A stretch of 63,357 bases of DNA, filler included, from Choristocarpus tenellus KU-1152 (taxonomy: Eukaryota > Protista > Phaeophyceae), in NCBI GenBank assembly GCA_964200185.2. It is 11 parts of 11 records of this genome, joined end to end, with 100 filler letters (N's around TTAATTAATTAA, not from the genome) between each part and the next. Parts side by side here need not be neighbours in the genome. Positions count along the whole stretch, not along the records: positions 3,991 to 13,822 come from CAXNAD020003352.1; positions 13,923 to 20,617 come from CAXNAD020007552.1; positions 20,718 to 27,307 come from CAXNAD020007803.1; 8 more parts are not named here. The stretch is one strand, 5' to 3'. A program made the position numbers and the translations under genes. Each line of letters starts with the position of its first letter. Positions within the stretch are counted from its first letter, which is position 1. The notes under the pieces are model-generated. The model did no database searches. It was given only the letters and a program-made list of their open reading frames with translations, and was not told the origin of the DNA. Below are positions 13,644 through 25,150 of the stretch, in pieces.

Positions 13644-14134
13644 AAAATAATAAAATACATATATATGTCAGTATAAGCCTTAAAGAAATAAAATATCATA
13701 AATGTGAAAACACTATAAAACACTGTGTGAAAACCACTAATCAGTTACTTCACCGTTATCAATATTGTACTACTGTAGTTACAACTTCAACACCTTTGCG
13801 GTGGAAAGTTTTGGGCGCCTCGNNNNNNNNNNNNNNNNNNNNNNNNNNNNNNNNNNNNNNNNNNNNTTAATTAATTAANNNNNNNNNNNNNNNNNNNNNN
13901 NNNNNNNNNNNNNNNNNNNNNNGGGGGGGGGGAGGAAGAAAGCAATCGATGGAGAGCTCTCCTCTCTCACAATGAGTAGACACACATATATATGTATTTG
14001 TATGTATATTTGGGTACCCAATTCCATTCACTAATTATCAAAGAGAAGCACCAGAAGAACAAAAAATAAAAAATAATTATCGTTCTTGCTCTAGTCACCG
14101 GAGAAATCAATCCAACAGATGCGACTAAAATAAC

Positions 14135-14355
14135 TAACCCTAACCCTAATCAAAGCAATCAACGTAACTTAACCAATACATAAATCAAACCAATCAACGT
14201 AACTCAACTAACACGTTAATCAAACCAATCAATATAACTCAACTAACACAGTAATCAAAACAATCGCTATAACTTAACTAGCACAGTAATCAAAACAATC
14301 AATATAACATAAGCAACTAACAGAGTAACTAAAATAATACATCTAACTAAATCAA
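14135..14355 (+). repeat. ~35-bp minisatellite
   Basis: About 5-6 units of AATCAAA(A/C)CAATCAA(C/T)RTAACT(C/T)AACTAACACAGT, preceded by CCCTAACCCTAA. Confidence 0.8.
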
Positions 14356-14815
14356 CTCAAAGTTACCCTGACAACTAAGTTTTGGAGGGCTTGGAGGGGA
14401 GATTTGAGAGACATGTGTAAAACCACTTGGACCAGGAAAGAAACCTCGCCTAGTGTCTCTGGTACAACAGGCACCAAATCCATTCTGGGAAATCAATCCA
14501 CCTTAAAAACTGGGGCTCTGGGAACAGGTACTCTACAAGTTACCTGGGAACTCATGACTCATTGGACAATGATTAAAAACACATGCATAGTCAAGTCCTC
14601 CTACATAAAACGAACACATTCTGCTAGTACTAATACAAATAATAGTAGTACTAGTACCAGAGCAACATGCCTCCGACGAACAGTTTTACTGGTACAAACA
14701 CCCTACTGTAAAAAAATACGCAACAAAGGGGGACGGACCACTCCGCTCGAGGTCATGATCAATCGCCATACACCTTTACCAATACCATCCCAACACACCC
14801 AAACAAACACCTACT

Positions 14816-15091
14816 GAGAGAAAGTATCTTAAGAGGGTACGAGTTTTGTTCTGTTTGTCCACTTGGGGCCTTACTTCCCACGGGTTTCTGGGTATTTTTA
14901 TGACATTTCCCTACTCCGAAATGTTAGGGTTAGGGTAAAATGTATATGTTATGAAAAGGTGTGTTCGCAACAAGGATATTAACACTTCCTATCAAACACA
15001 ATAGCAAAAAATACATCAAGATCGCAAGATTGGATTTCGGCCCCCAAACGTACACGGCCCTACCCTAACCCTAAGATATGTGCATTGACTC
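14816..15091 (+). mobile_element. MITE family A, full copy carrying telomeric hexamers
   Basis: Both TIRs present; TSD TACT; TTAGGGTTAGGG and CCCTAACCCTAA sit where other copies do not have them. Confidence 0.9.
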
Positions 15092-15587
15092 TACTAGAAT
15101 CAACAAAGCATAAAAATAAAACAAACAACAATAACTCTTCCCACAACTTCACTTTCAATTGATCAACAGCCCTAGTTGAGGGTTAGGGTTATGCATTGCT
15201 CTTGACAAACTGACTCCTTTCTTGGATGAAGAAACCATTGCTATTAATATTAATAAATAGGAACAGCATTAAACAATATACACCTAATAAATTTTACAAG
15301 TTAAAAGTTGATGTATTATATACATCGTACTAGTTTCCAACGAACAAAAAAGAATGGGTTCGTTTCCACTTCTAACCCACGTTTGCTGAGCCCACAAAAA
15401 AAAATACAGTGGGTTAAGTTGAACTAGGTAACCTTTAAAAAATGGGAAACAAAGTATCGATAGAGTACAACCATACACCTACCATGTAAAGAGACACACA
15501 CAACTAATCATAATATAAAATATAAATATACATGTAAATACTTCTGTAGGGGTGCTTAAGAGCTCAACCGTACTGAACAACAGTACC

Positions 15588-15645
15588 AGTATATTTACGG
15601 TATATTTACAGTGTATTTACGGTATATTTACAGTATATTTACAGT
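15588..15645 (+). repeat. 11-12 bp tandem repeat (RGTATATTTAC)
   Basis: About 5 consecutive units. Confidence 0.75.
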
Positions 15646-16093
15646 CTTTTTTTCAAATCCAATACTACGGCCACCCAAGACCTATAAAACACGTCTCCAA
15701 TCGAGACAGCAGAGAGCAGTGGTGGTGGTGTATATCGATCGTACGCACTGCAGCAATTTCAAGAACAGTGAACACAATTCAATTAAGCTCAATACCACCC
15801 TTCGAACTTCTTACTTTCTTGAAGATTACCTCGGTGGTTGAGAATTCCAAGACAACTTTTTTTGTTACGCAAGACAGGAAAAAGATCTCGCAATTTCCAA
15901 ATAATACCTATTGAAATACTACACCATTGGATTAAAAGGAAGTCCGATGCGGGCGGGACCCGTATTCAAGAAAAGGTAAACACCATATGTTCATGTCATC
16001 TCTGCTCTGCTGAGAAGAGGTAAGTTACTATCACAGTAGCAATTATAATGATTTACACAAAACACAAAAGCATGTAACAAGCTCTCTACACAC

Positions 16094-17247
16094 CTCAGCA
16101 AAACCGGTCTCGAGAACATAGAAGTGAGTTCCCCTATCCCCCTGGCGCACAATGACTTCTCCAGCTAAGCAGTCATGAGGTTTCATGACCCCCACACATG
16201 CCAACACTTCGCTGTCCCTCATCTGAGAGAATAGGAAGTGCTCCCGCAGGGCCTGCGATAGAAACACCTGGGTCTCATCAGACTTTGGAACAGTAGACAG
16301 GCCAGCATCATCCTCGTCCACATCCATGCTCTCGAACTCTGCGGAGGGGAGTCGTAGGCAACATGTGGTGAAGCACTGTGTAATAGAGTTGCTTGTAAGT
16401 GGTGGGGTCTTTAGAGGGTTGAAGTTTGGGATTGTGAGGCTTTTCACCATGGTGTTTTGTTTGATGGTCTCTTGGGTCAGATTCACTTCAACTTACTGGA
16501 AAGAGGTGATTGCAAAGAATGTTCCTGATCAAGAGTCGTGTCACAACTTAAAGAGTCAGGAGCCTCAGAGGTGTATGATTTGGTGTGTGTGTTTGTTGGG
16601 GAGGGGGGAGGAAGAGGGTAGCTGGAGTTAGCTCACTGGACTTCACTGACCTCCCGTTTCATTCTCACTTAATGAACATCCATAAGGTGGACAACCGCCT
16701 AAAACAAGAAACCAACATACTACTATGAGATGGGGCAGTCCATACCTCAAGAGCACAATCTAAGAATAGATGTATCGCATGTGAAAAGAACACATGCATC
16801 GCATACATGATGAATTTGAATGAGCTTGTGACAGGTTGGATTCGCTGCATGAAGATCATCACCACCACCACTTTCCTGCGGCATGTGGAGCAAGCTAACG
16901 ACTTTCTTCTGTTGACCAACAACACAGTACTTAGTGTTGTCCTCCAACCACAGGGGCGCTAACCACAGACGTACGGACGCTTTTATCAAAGACAAAAGGG
17001 GAAGCACACCTTCAGGGTTGTTCATGATCGCCTGGCGCTTGCGCATGGGACTTTGCGGCATAGTGTCCACCCCCACAGACTCATTTCCCTCCTTCAACTC
17101 AGTTTCGATTGCTGGAGGCGGGGGTGGCATCGCACCAGAGCCGCCTGATGGTGGTGTCTGCAACATAGTTTCACTATCCTTACGAGTGCCCTTTACCCCA
17201 GTAAGGCGACCCACAGCTTTACCCAAGTTCCGTGTGAAGCTTTTCAT
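16094..17247 (-). CDS. Cyclic-nucleotide-binding protein (cGMP-dependent kinase or PKA-regulatory-like), first two exons, 3'-incomplete
   Basis: Exon 1 is 17247-17010 (MKSFTRNLGKAVG...NNPE, phase 1). Exon 2 is 16338-16094 (EFESMD...VPKSDETQVFLSQALREHFLFSQMRDSEVLACVGVMKPHDCLAGEVIVRQGDRGTHFYVLETGFAE). Splice sites are GT-AG, and the cNMP motif GEVIVRQGD.G.HFYVL is present. Confidence 0.85.
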
Positions 17248-18989
17248 CTCGTCGTGGAGAGCTGGGTGTTGGGGGAGGATGGTGCAGTGGAGGAACAGGG
17301 ATGAGACAGCACTATTGATCGCGAGATGGGAGGACAATGTATGTTGATGAGACCAACTGAGGACTTTCTCAGGTGAAGTAAGATATTATTGCTATCTCAG
17401 CCTTTTCTCTCCCGTGATTTGCGGCTAGAATGCTCCGTACCGGAGCAATATTTGAGCATGAGAAAGATAAACCGTTCATGCACCACATGAACGACCTACA
17501 ATCAGAGAGCCAACTCCCCACTCCGACAAGCTACAGAAAGATTCACTCATCACGAGCGTCGCCAGGATAGAGCTCTGTTGACTCAAACTCATGAGAAATC
17601 ATGTCAAAGGTCACACGACAAGGTACTGGGGTTTGCAACCTACCCGTCGTTGTGAGGTAAAGAGAAGCGAACCTTCAACTTGGGAAAGGTGAACAAATTC
17701 TCCACCAACTACTCTCCCCGGCAACAAATTTCATTAAGACATTCATTAAAACGAACAGTGACAAGACAAGCCGTCCAGTGGGGCACATAAGCATCAATTC
17801 TCCCCATCTGCAATGTACAATATACAACGTGTGCAATATGCCATACGGACCATAACAAACATACTGAGGGATGATTTTGAAAGGCAGTCTTTCGGCATAC
17901 TCATCCCTCGCAGTTCATTCCTACAGAGAGAAGACGGTACTATACCTCCCATTCAGGCTCACCTCAAGCACCCACTTGGCCCCACGACTGGGGGCGTGGG
18001 AGTTTTTCAGCTTTAACCCTATGTATCAGAACACATCTCCATCACTCGATCTTATGACGTCATGGTATTTCAACCTATTCTACTTCACAACTCCCCGTAT
18101 TCTCTTATGTCATATTTCACCTCCTCACTGAAAAAAATTAGAGATGGAGTGGAAAGTTTTGAAGTCCAGAAAATAATAATAATAGGTATATTTTATAGTA
18201 GAAAGATAAAATATCTATGTATACATTTTATTTTCGCTTCCCCTTCCTCTTTTCCCATGATATTTTCAAATCTAAGTGTAATTTTACAACTTTCAGGCGA
18301 AATACAACATAGATTTGAACGACAAAGCTTTAATAGGCCTTCAAATGTTCCTCCTCCTTCTTAATCATGTAATAGGCATCTATGATCATCATCATCATGG
18401 CCATTATCCTACAATATGTAAGGAATGAAAGATACTGCGCACTAGTTGGTTGATAGTAGTCAAATCGAACGTCCTTATTTCTCAAAGACATTGATTTCTT
18501 GTATATGCACTACTCGTAGACCAGATGGAATGGTGTACAATCGCAACTATCATCTAAAGTCGTCCCTTTCTGTTCTTCCCCTAACCCTAACCCTAGCTTC
18601 GACCAATTCTGTTGAAGTTTTGAATTACGATTCAGGGGATTTTTGACTTTGTGATTGGGAGCGCCTTGTCTATACTGCCTTCAATGTTTGTTTAGAGTTT
18701 CCTGTTGTCAGTTGAAGTTCAAAGTTACGTTTAAACCCCACATCTCTACATACATATTGTACATGCTTTTCAGTATGGTCATCTATTTTTGTACGTGCAC
18801 TCACACATATCCCCTGGCACACCCCACCCATTCTACCCTTGGCACAGTTCATGTACGCTATAGTTCGGTCATCTATTTTTGTACAGGCACCCAGATATTC
18901 CCCCTAGCACACCCCACCCCTTCTACCAAAGCTACAACTTATCCCTCGTACTCAGACACAACCGCACCCTGCCCCAATCCTCTTGTCAC

Positions 18990-19800
18990 TTCTCGAGCAC
19001 CATGGCTGCTGCCTGGTAGAGCTTTATCAATTTCGAAAGACACAGACCACCCTATGCATTTCCTCCTGGTGCTGCTCCCGCACTACTGTGGGTGCTTGGG
19101 GGATGGTTCTCCTTTTTTCCTCCCAGCAGAGCTTTTTTGCCCTGGAGGCACAGTGCCCACTACTGTTCCTTTTCCTCCTGATGGGACAGCTGGAGCACAG
19201 TGGACACTAACTGGTGGAGCTTCCCCTCCTCTTTCCGCACAGTACCACCCCCAGCTGTTACCCAATCACAGTATTGCATCCTGCAGTGCCCCATTCTGGC
19301 TACAGAAAGTCTGCAGCAGTAGTCCATTATGTATGGTTCTTGCAACTGAGACATAGGAAGAAGTACCAAATAACAAGAGTGATTATTGCTCTGCAGCATC
19401 GCCATAAAAACATATTCATTGAGTGTGTAATTCACAAGACGGGTGTAATTCTGTTGACAAAACGTAGAGGAATCAAGCGCAATAAGAGGATGTTGCAAAG
19501 GACACCCACGAGAGAAAGAAAGAGCATCTTCACCAAATGCTTTCCTGAGGCACTGATACAAATACCGTAACACAAACAGAGTGCAGGCCACACTCCCACA
19601 TCGTTCCCCTGTATCCGACAGCTTGAACAAATGACGAAAAGTCCTTACCCCCGTGTAGTCATATAGACCTTGATGAACACCCCGTAGTTGTCCATTTTGA
19701 GAGTGGCAGGAACAAGGTCGCAAAAGCAGTTCTGATCGGAACGATTACGTACGCGTAACTTTTTGATCTATCTGTTGCAAGAGACCTCATCACACTGGGA
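18990..19800 (-). mobile_element. Decayed unclassified element, possibly KDZ/Zisupton CxC-type; homologous to 29200-29960
   Basis: Clear nucleotide similarity to 29440-29760. Cys motifs RPCSCH...GLYDYTG.RTFRHLF and FLCLSCKNH. The family assignment is tentative. Confidence 0.4.
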
Positions 19801-20545
19801 ACAACGAGTGCAAACAGTGGCAGACTGCTAATGCACATCAACTGCCTGGGGTACAGAGTGCAGACCAGGTCAAAAGTCTCTGAGGGATACTCATCTACCC
19901 TGTGTGTGATATTGGGTGCGAGAAAAGATAGGTACCCTCAGATCATGACTCTGGGTAGCGTTGTTGTGGAAAATTCTATTAATTGGGAAGCTCATTTGTC
20001 ATGTGAGATAGAGCAGGTTCTGCATTCTGGACTACCATAATTTATTTTTTTAAGCATACTTCCATGTCCATTTTGTTATCGTTTATTAGCGTCAGTTCTG
20101 GCAGAGGTACTAACCTGCCTGCCTACCTACCCACCCACAGGAATCTTGTATAGGGGTCTTCTCACTTGCGCGTCCAAAAAAGGTAACAAATACTCACATG
20201 CATGTACGTGATTGAAACACTTCGCTCTGCTCCACAAACACTATTATTATATCAAAAGGGGACAAGAAATTAAATTCATGCAACAACCTGTTCTTTAGTG
20301 TGGGATATCGTTGTGTAAATCGAAACAAGAAATGATGGAGGTCCCCCCAAACAGGCCTACTGGTCCATTTGTAACATACGGACGTCATTCAAATATTTTG
20401 CGGGGGTTCGTAAAGGATGGTACTATTACTAATAATAACAAGCACTTGTTTTTTGTGGATATGGAGGCGTTAACACTAGAACCAAAAAATTGAGGGGTTG
20501 CTGGGGAGGACAACGCTGAATGGCCTAGATATATGCCTAGCATGC

Positions 20546-20617
20546 GGGTCAAATTATCTGGCGGGGGACGGCGGTTTGTGAGGGGGCGTCAGTTTCGGTC
20601 AAACAACTCTTTTTTTT
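20546..20617 (+). mobile_element. MITE family C, truncated at contig end
   Basis: GGGTCAAATTATCTGG..TTTGTGAGGGGGCGTC.GTTTCGGTCAAACAACTCTTTTT, also seen at 34930-35010. Confidence 0.75.
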
Positions 20618-20899
20618 NNNNNNNNNNNNNNNNNNNNNNNNNNNNNNNNNNNNNNNNNNNNTTAATTAATTAANNNNNNNNNNNNNNNNNNNNNNNNNNN
20701 NNNNNNNNNNNNNNNNNCCCTTCTAAGTGCAAATACGGTCGCAAAAAAACCTTTCGGTACTTTTTTAAGACAGTTTTCGCAAAACAACCTTCCTCGTAGT
20801 CCCGCTCCTGCCTCAATTTTGAAAATCCACTGTTTGCAACAACTGGTATACAAAAGGGCAGAAACCTTCTCTCCTGTGATGGTCCATGTCCAGCTCACG

Positions 20900-21030
20900 T
20901 TTCCAGTGAGTGGGGGAAATATTTTGCACAAATACTTTCATCATCACCAGCCCTCCCATCCCAGTGGAGGCTTCCTCGCCATAAAAGACGGCCCTCTTTG
21001 CCCTGATCCGGTTTTGGATGTCATGAGCAG
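20900..21030 (-). CDS. Probable isolated exon of an unknown gene
   Basis: Pyrimidine tract plus CAG acceptor, open frame SAHDIQNRIRAKRAVFYGEEASTGMGGLVMMKVFVQNISPTHWK, GTGAGC donor. Confidence 0.4.
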
Positions 21031-21320
21031 ACTGGTCATTACACCCAAAATCGAATGAGGGCAAGGGGAGAGGACAGGAAAACTGCACATACGAATGTGC
21101 ACAGTGATAGTCGATGAGAATCAACAACTACATACCTTTAGTTTTTATACAGCAGTAATTCATGCATCTCGCAGCCACTGCTATGTGCTCTGTACTACTT
21201 AATACCTATGGAGGTTCTAGTGGTTAACTCTAACATATCCTCGCTTCGCAATATACAATATTGATAGAAAATAATAAATAACAAGACATATACGAAGGAG
21301 ATAATAAAAAAAGTGGATGA

Positions 21321-21578
21321 GAGTCAAAGTATCTTAGAGGGTAGAGCCACGTCCGTTTTGGGGGCAAAAATCCAATGTTCCGATTTTGATATAATTCTGC
21401 CTATCGTGTTTGCTAGCAAGTGCCAATACTCTTGTTGCGGACACACCTTTCACAATGTATACATTTTACCAACTCTAAAACATTTTGGAGTAGGAAAGTG
21501 TCGTAAAAAAACTGTGGGAAGCCAAGCCTCAAACGGACAAACAGGGCAAAACTCGTACCCTCTAAGATACTTTCACTC
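21321..21578 (-). mobile_element. MITE family A, full copy
   Basis: GAGTCAAAGTATCTTAGAGGGTA ... TACCCTCTAAGATACTTTCACTC; 3-bp TSD TGA. Confidence 0.93.
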
Positions 21579-22036
21579 TGAACTTGTCTTCATAATGGTC
21601 CACTTTGACATTAGTCACATCAATAATTTGTAGTTCTCTGTCACTCTTATCATTGTGGTTGATGACTTGCTAGAACGATGAGGATGTATTATACTAGTGA
21701 CCAAGGGAAGGGTCTACCTATAGCAGCTAGTTCGACAAGTACCTCAATGAAACATTATCCTCCTTCTTTTTTGTCCCACCTCGCCCCACACCTTGCCTGA
21801 CTGTTCTTTTATGCCTTGATTAGACAGATCCTGCTCTTGTTCGTTTCCTGTCACTCCACTATTTATACTTGTTTGCAAAGATGCCTATATATGCTCATCA
21901 TTGTTGGTTTGCAGTGCTGAGTACCTCTTAGGCTGGTTACCTACTCTCAAGCAGATAAATGTTCTGTAGGTACCATGAGAAATAAAACCGTTAATGAACA
22001 CAAAGTATCGTCAAAACAAAAAGTGGGGGAAAACCT

Positions 22037-22188
22037 AAGGTGAAACGTGTACGTTTTGAAAAGGTGTGTACGGAACAAGTATATTGGCACTTCCTAACAA
22101 ACACAAAAGCCAAAATTACATCAAAATTGTAACATTGGATTTTGGCCCCCAATCGGACGCGTCTCTACCCTCTAAGATACTTTGACTC
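22037..22188 (+). mobile_element. MITE family A, 5'-truncated
   Basis: Right half, ending TACCCTCTAAGATACTTTGACTC. Confidence 0.85.
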
Positions 22189-22214
22189 CACTACATTTTG
22201 TCTCCTGCCACCAG

Positions 22215-22800
22215 TCACCGGGCACCTGCTTGATAAGACCTCCTCCCTCCCTGCCCTAGGGATCTGCTGGCAGTGAGTTTGAACTCGTCAGGGGGGATCT
22301 GGCATGCCGGCTCCAGGGGTTGAGTTGAGGCCCATACTTTTGCCCCTTGTCCATATTTGCTCCGGTGGCGTGCCAAGGCTAGCAAGGAACTTTCCTTCCC
22401 TTGCTCTACTTCATCAGATAAGGCGAGACCCAAAGTATCTTGGGGGGGAGGGGAGGGAATCTACCTACACCAGGGTGTACATTTGGGTCACAAGCAAGAA
22501 AAGTGCACTCACATTATCCATCAGATGTATGCAACCAAATCACCCAAAAAATCGCGATATGAAAAAATTGATCCCAAATGGACAGCCTCCACCCCCACCC
22601 CCCCGGATAATTTGAGTCCAATCAGTCGTGTCCGGAAAGAGCCAAAGCGGATCCTGTTTAGGAGGCAGGTGATCTCGTGTCATCCCCTCAATGTAATCCT
22701 GGCATCGTGACCTGCCAGAGTGTGGACCTCTGGGGCTAGTGCGGGGGACGTTTCCCCAAAGGCTAACCAGCCTTGACCAATTATTTTCGCTAGGTCTTCT
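22215..22800 (-). mobile_element. CRE-like LINE fragment interrupted by MITE B
   Basis: ALARHRSKYGQGAKVW...P..QIPPDEFKLTASRSLG resembles the ARLRS..GPGA.AW..P..EF..A.RRRLG segment upstream of the CRE zinc finger. Confidence 0.55.
22427..22618 (-). mobile_element. MITE family B, full copy
   Basis: GACCCAAAGTATCTTGGGG ... CCCCGGATAATTTGAGTC; no TSD recognisable. Confidence 0.9.
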
Positions 22801-24137
22801 GAGGAGACTCCTGCAGAGAGGAGGGCTACAGAATTTATACATAGTCTACTTCCTCCGCCATTTATAGGTGTAGTTCAATACCATCAACTAGTGCAGAGAC
22901 TGTTGGTCTGACCACTAGAAATTATGCTTTAGTTAGTATCACACCACAGGCATAATACTGGCCTGCGCGGTATATGACCACATCTTACCTTAGTACTCCG
23001 CATTTGGTAGATGTTCTTCAACATACGAACTCAGTCGTTCCGTGGCACACACATGAGATGACTAAGATTAGACTTGGGTCTCTCTTCTTTTTTCTCGTAG
23101 ATCTAACGACGCTGATATCCCGTTTTATTGATTCTGTTGTAAGATGTTGCCCCTGCAATAATAAGTGAACTTTGACATACAACTGGATGGTATACATTCA
23201 GAGCCAATACATCCACCAGTCACTACTCGGAGCATACATCTATATCCTGGACCGCAGCACTGAATAGTGCTGTGCTTCACAGCATCCAATCAGCCTCTTC
23301 ACAGAACATGTTACAAGGTGCATCGCATATAATTCCACCAGGGCTTCAGTGCCCTAGGTCGCCTCTTCACTTTACAAGACTCCAAGTTTCTACTCTGAGT
23401 ATTTCACGAGAACCTTTCACGAGAACCAACGATTCATTGTATTTGATTTTACATAAAGCATGAAAATAGGGTGTATTGCACAGGGGTTGAAATTAAAGGC
23501 ATAAAATGCAAAACACCCCAAGGGTATACACCTTCCTCCTATTATTCGACTTTCAAATGTTCATTTCTTTTGCATTATATGTTGTCTCCTGTTCCCTTCA
23601 TATCAGCGTCTCCAAAGTATCGGTGGGTACATTTTTGTATGCGCACAGTGCTTGAGGAAATGCTATGCCTAGAATATAAAAAGAAATAAAGGATTGAAAG
23701 GAGAAATAGAAGGGAGGACAAGAGGAAGAATTTGGTGTGAGGTTAGCTGCCAAGGGTAATGAAGAGAAACCTCGGTGTAATGTACATAATACCAGAAACT
23801 TGGGATAGGATATAAATGAACGTAGTCACACATTACCAGGCCCTGTGGGAAAAAAGTGGAGGGTACGAAAATCGGTGCCCCACACAGAATTCATCCAATC
23901 CGAAACGCCACTCACCACAGACGAGACACACAAAGAAATGAGAGGAAAGGGACGGAAGGAAAAAATGTAAATTGGATACAAGAATGAAGCAAGCCAATGA
24001 AGAAAAGAGACCATCACAGGAGCAATGGTGATGTGTGTGCGTCTGCTCTTGTCTGCTCGGGCTGCTTTAACCCTGCTTATGACCCAAATGGACACCCTGA
24101 TGTAGATTTCCCCCCCCCCCCAAAGATACTTTTGGTG

Positions 24138-24460
24138 AGAAGACTGAGTGTGACACTATGGAGGCAGTTGTGCGAAAACGGATACTCCTGTTCGCAGGGT
24201 TGGTTGCACACATCGGGGATGGGCGACTACAAAAGTAATGATATTCGGGGAAGTTGCAGATAATGGAAAACGGGAGCAAGGTGGGCAGGAACAGAATCGG
24301 TTGATGTGACTGCAAGATAATCCTGATAAGTTTAGGATCACAAAAGGGCACCAAACCAACACAGCGCACGAACGTGTTGTTGACAGCACAAGGAATTTCA
24401 TGGACAAACAAGATTCCAGAATTGCTGTAATACCTGATGAACGTACGTAAAGCCAAAGCC
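24138..24460 (+). mobile_element. RTE-clade LINE 3' fragment (inverted segment)
   Basis: EKTECDTMEAVVRKRILLFAGLVAHIGDGRLQK..IFGEV..GKREQGGQEQN is the typical RTE region following the RT domain. Confidence 0.8.
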
Positions 24461-24483
24461 GCAGGAAAAGTGCTCTCACATTA

Positions 24484-24740
24484 GAATAAAAGTATCTTAG
24501 AGGGTACGATTTTTGCCCTGTTTGTCCGTTTGGGCTTGGCTTCCCACAGGAGGTTTATGACATTTTACCTACTTTGAAACGTTTCGAAGTAGGTAAAGTG
24601 TATATATTGTGAAAACGTGTGTCCGAACAAGGATATTGACACTTCCTAATAAACACGATAGCCAAAATTACATCAAAATCGCAGCATTGGATTTTGTCCC
24701 ACAATTGGACGCAGCTCTACCCTCTAAGATACTTTGACTC
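24484..24740 (+). mobile_element. MITE family A nested inside MITE B
   Basis: Full copy with 4-bp TSD ATTA inside B sequence. Confidence 0.92.
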
Positions 24741-24847
24741 ATTATCCGTCCGATGTATGCAACCAAATCACCCCAAAAATCGTGATATGAAAATATAGAC
24801 TCCACATGGACAGCCTCCACCCCCCCCCCAGATACTTTGAGCCTTCT

Positions 24848-25150
24848 CAAGGGATATCTTTGTCGGATATTTTACAATTTTGTGGTCATCATGCTCCTCT
24901 CTACGAAATTTGATGCAGCGTAGGAGGACTTCTGGTAATGAGAGCGAACCCTTATATATGATGGAACTGGCAAAGTGCCCAACTCACATGACCATGGAAC
25001 AGGACCTCAACTATTTGAGCCTTGAGCGTTCGAATCTTGACCTCAGGTGAAACTCCTCTACCGTTTATTTTAGGGTCCCTATCATCGCACGGATAGAAAG
25101 CCCGCGCAAAAGATGCAAATACCAGTCCATCCCACCCCAAATTGGCGATC
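24848..25150 (-). mobile_element. RTE-clade LINE fragment (RT C-terminal part)
   Basis: SPEVKIRTLKAQIVEVLFHGHVSW (cf. LELKIRMLKAEV.E.LLYGCVTW), then ..HYQK.LLRCIKFRR. Confidence 0.75.

Larger units (their letters stand above)
12710..13780. repeat. AT-rich composite repeat (family D) with internal direct and inverted repeats
   Basis: TTATGCCC.CTGACATTTTGCAGATGTGT.AGGGG occurs at ~12720, ~12850 and ~13241, and inverted at ~13323-13362. The block ending ACTAATCAGTTACTTCACC..TATCAATATTGTACTACT occurs at 12985-13026 and 13736-13774. A fragment lies at ~26447-26490. The repeat is interrupted by a LINE end and a MITE A. Confidence 0.7.
24072..24843. mobile_element. MITE family B copy split by a nested MITE A and by an inversion
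   Basis: Pieces 24843-24741 (-), 24483-24461 (-) and 24072-24137 (+) rejoin into one B element. TSD AGAA lies at 24138-24141 and, as TTCT, at 24844-24847. Confidence 0.8.

Noticed and set aside
21313-21633. Recurrent short ORFs such as SQSILEGRA.., QGVHLG.. and LKVSGGGG..
   Set aside because: They are translations of MITE A and B copies, with no conserved frame between copies.
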